Shown: positions 63,960-64,000 of the stretch, in pieces
How positions within the stretch are numbered: the first letter of the stretch is position 1
Layout: every line of letters begins with the position of its first letter
NCBI GenBank assembly: GCA_002499085.1
Contig: DAKD01000016.1
Location: 88,880-152,879, forward strand
DNA: 64,000 bases
Direction of reading: 5' to 3'
Source of the DNA: Methanomassiliicoccales archaeon UBA280
GTDB lineage: Archaea > Thermoplasmatota > Thermoplasmata > SG8-5
Made by a program: the position numbers and the translations under genes
Notes under the pieces: model-generated
Told to the model about the DNA's origin: nothing
Seen by the model: the letters and a program-made list of their open reading frames with translations, nothing else
Database searches by the model: none

Positions 63960-64000
63960 GTTGGCGTTGGATATTGTCAGCCTGCCATTGTCCTCGACTA

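Overview
This 64-kb window is high-GC (about 60%) and looks like an archaeal chromosome. The evidence is an archaeal class-I CCA-adding enzyme, a Nop5 (Nop56/58) homolog, TrmI, FlaI/TadA-type secretion ATPases with T2SS-F membrane partners, TATA-like promoter boxes, and overlapping operon-style gene junctions. All features are called by eye from motifs; no homology searches were run.

Layout, left to right:
- (1) 1 to about 5.9 kb: a lower-GC integrated-element remnant. It holds two HTH proteins, a tyrosine integrase, an IS3-type OrfA HTH fragment, an AbiEi/AbiEii-like nucleotidyltransferase pair, and three copies of a ~35-nt iteron-like repeat.
- (2) 5.9 to 11.8 kb: housekeeping genes, namely glmM-like plus a bifunctional NTP-transferase/LbH gene, a RAM-domain protein, adk, a Nudix-methyltransferase fusion, GNAT and a V4R-like protein.
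- (3) 11.8 to 32 kb: two tandem giant secreted, C-terminally membrane-anchored proteins of 2161 and 4502 aa. They are built from beta-helix, MAM/jelly-roll-like, flavodoxin-like and roughly 16 Ig-like repeat modules.
- (4) 32 to 53.6 kb: core metabolism and RNA processing.
  - Genes present: gcvPA/gcvPB, trmI, cca, nop5, an eIF-2B/MtnA-family isomerase, purH, a FolC-Nth fusion ORF and TPR proteins.
  - Oddities: a frameshifted four-helix-bundle gene embedded in (GGGTCTA)n inverted repeats, an 895-aa acidic surface protein with a strong promoter/SD, and several repeat-rich intergenic regions.
  - Adjacent gene pair: a Cas4/DUF83-like PD-(D/E)XK nuclease carrying a four-helix transmembrane insertion, followed directly by a CPBP intramembrane protease with a zinc ribbon.
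- (5) 53.7 to 64 kb: a Tad/type-IV-pilus-like locus. Its order is membrane-anchored pilin-like protein, ATPase, two single-domain T2SS-F platform proteins (one with a dockerin/EF-hand-like Ca-binding insertion), then a second ATPase. It lies convergent to a CARDB-repeat membrane protein with a cytoplasmic 4x zinc-ribbon and PQ-rich tail.

A ~200-bp repeat family built around GGGTCTA heptads occurs at 8.57 kb and 49.14 kb, and related arms flank the frameshifted four-helix-bundle gene at about 35 kb. The strongest candidates for novelty are the Tad-like locus with two ATPases and a split platform, the membrane-embedded Cas4-like nuclease plus CPBP protease pair, the giant modular surface proteins, and the repeat family. 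No rRNA, tRNA or CRISPR array could be supported.
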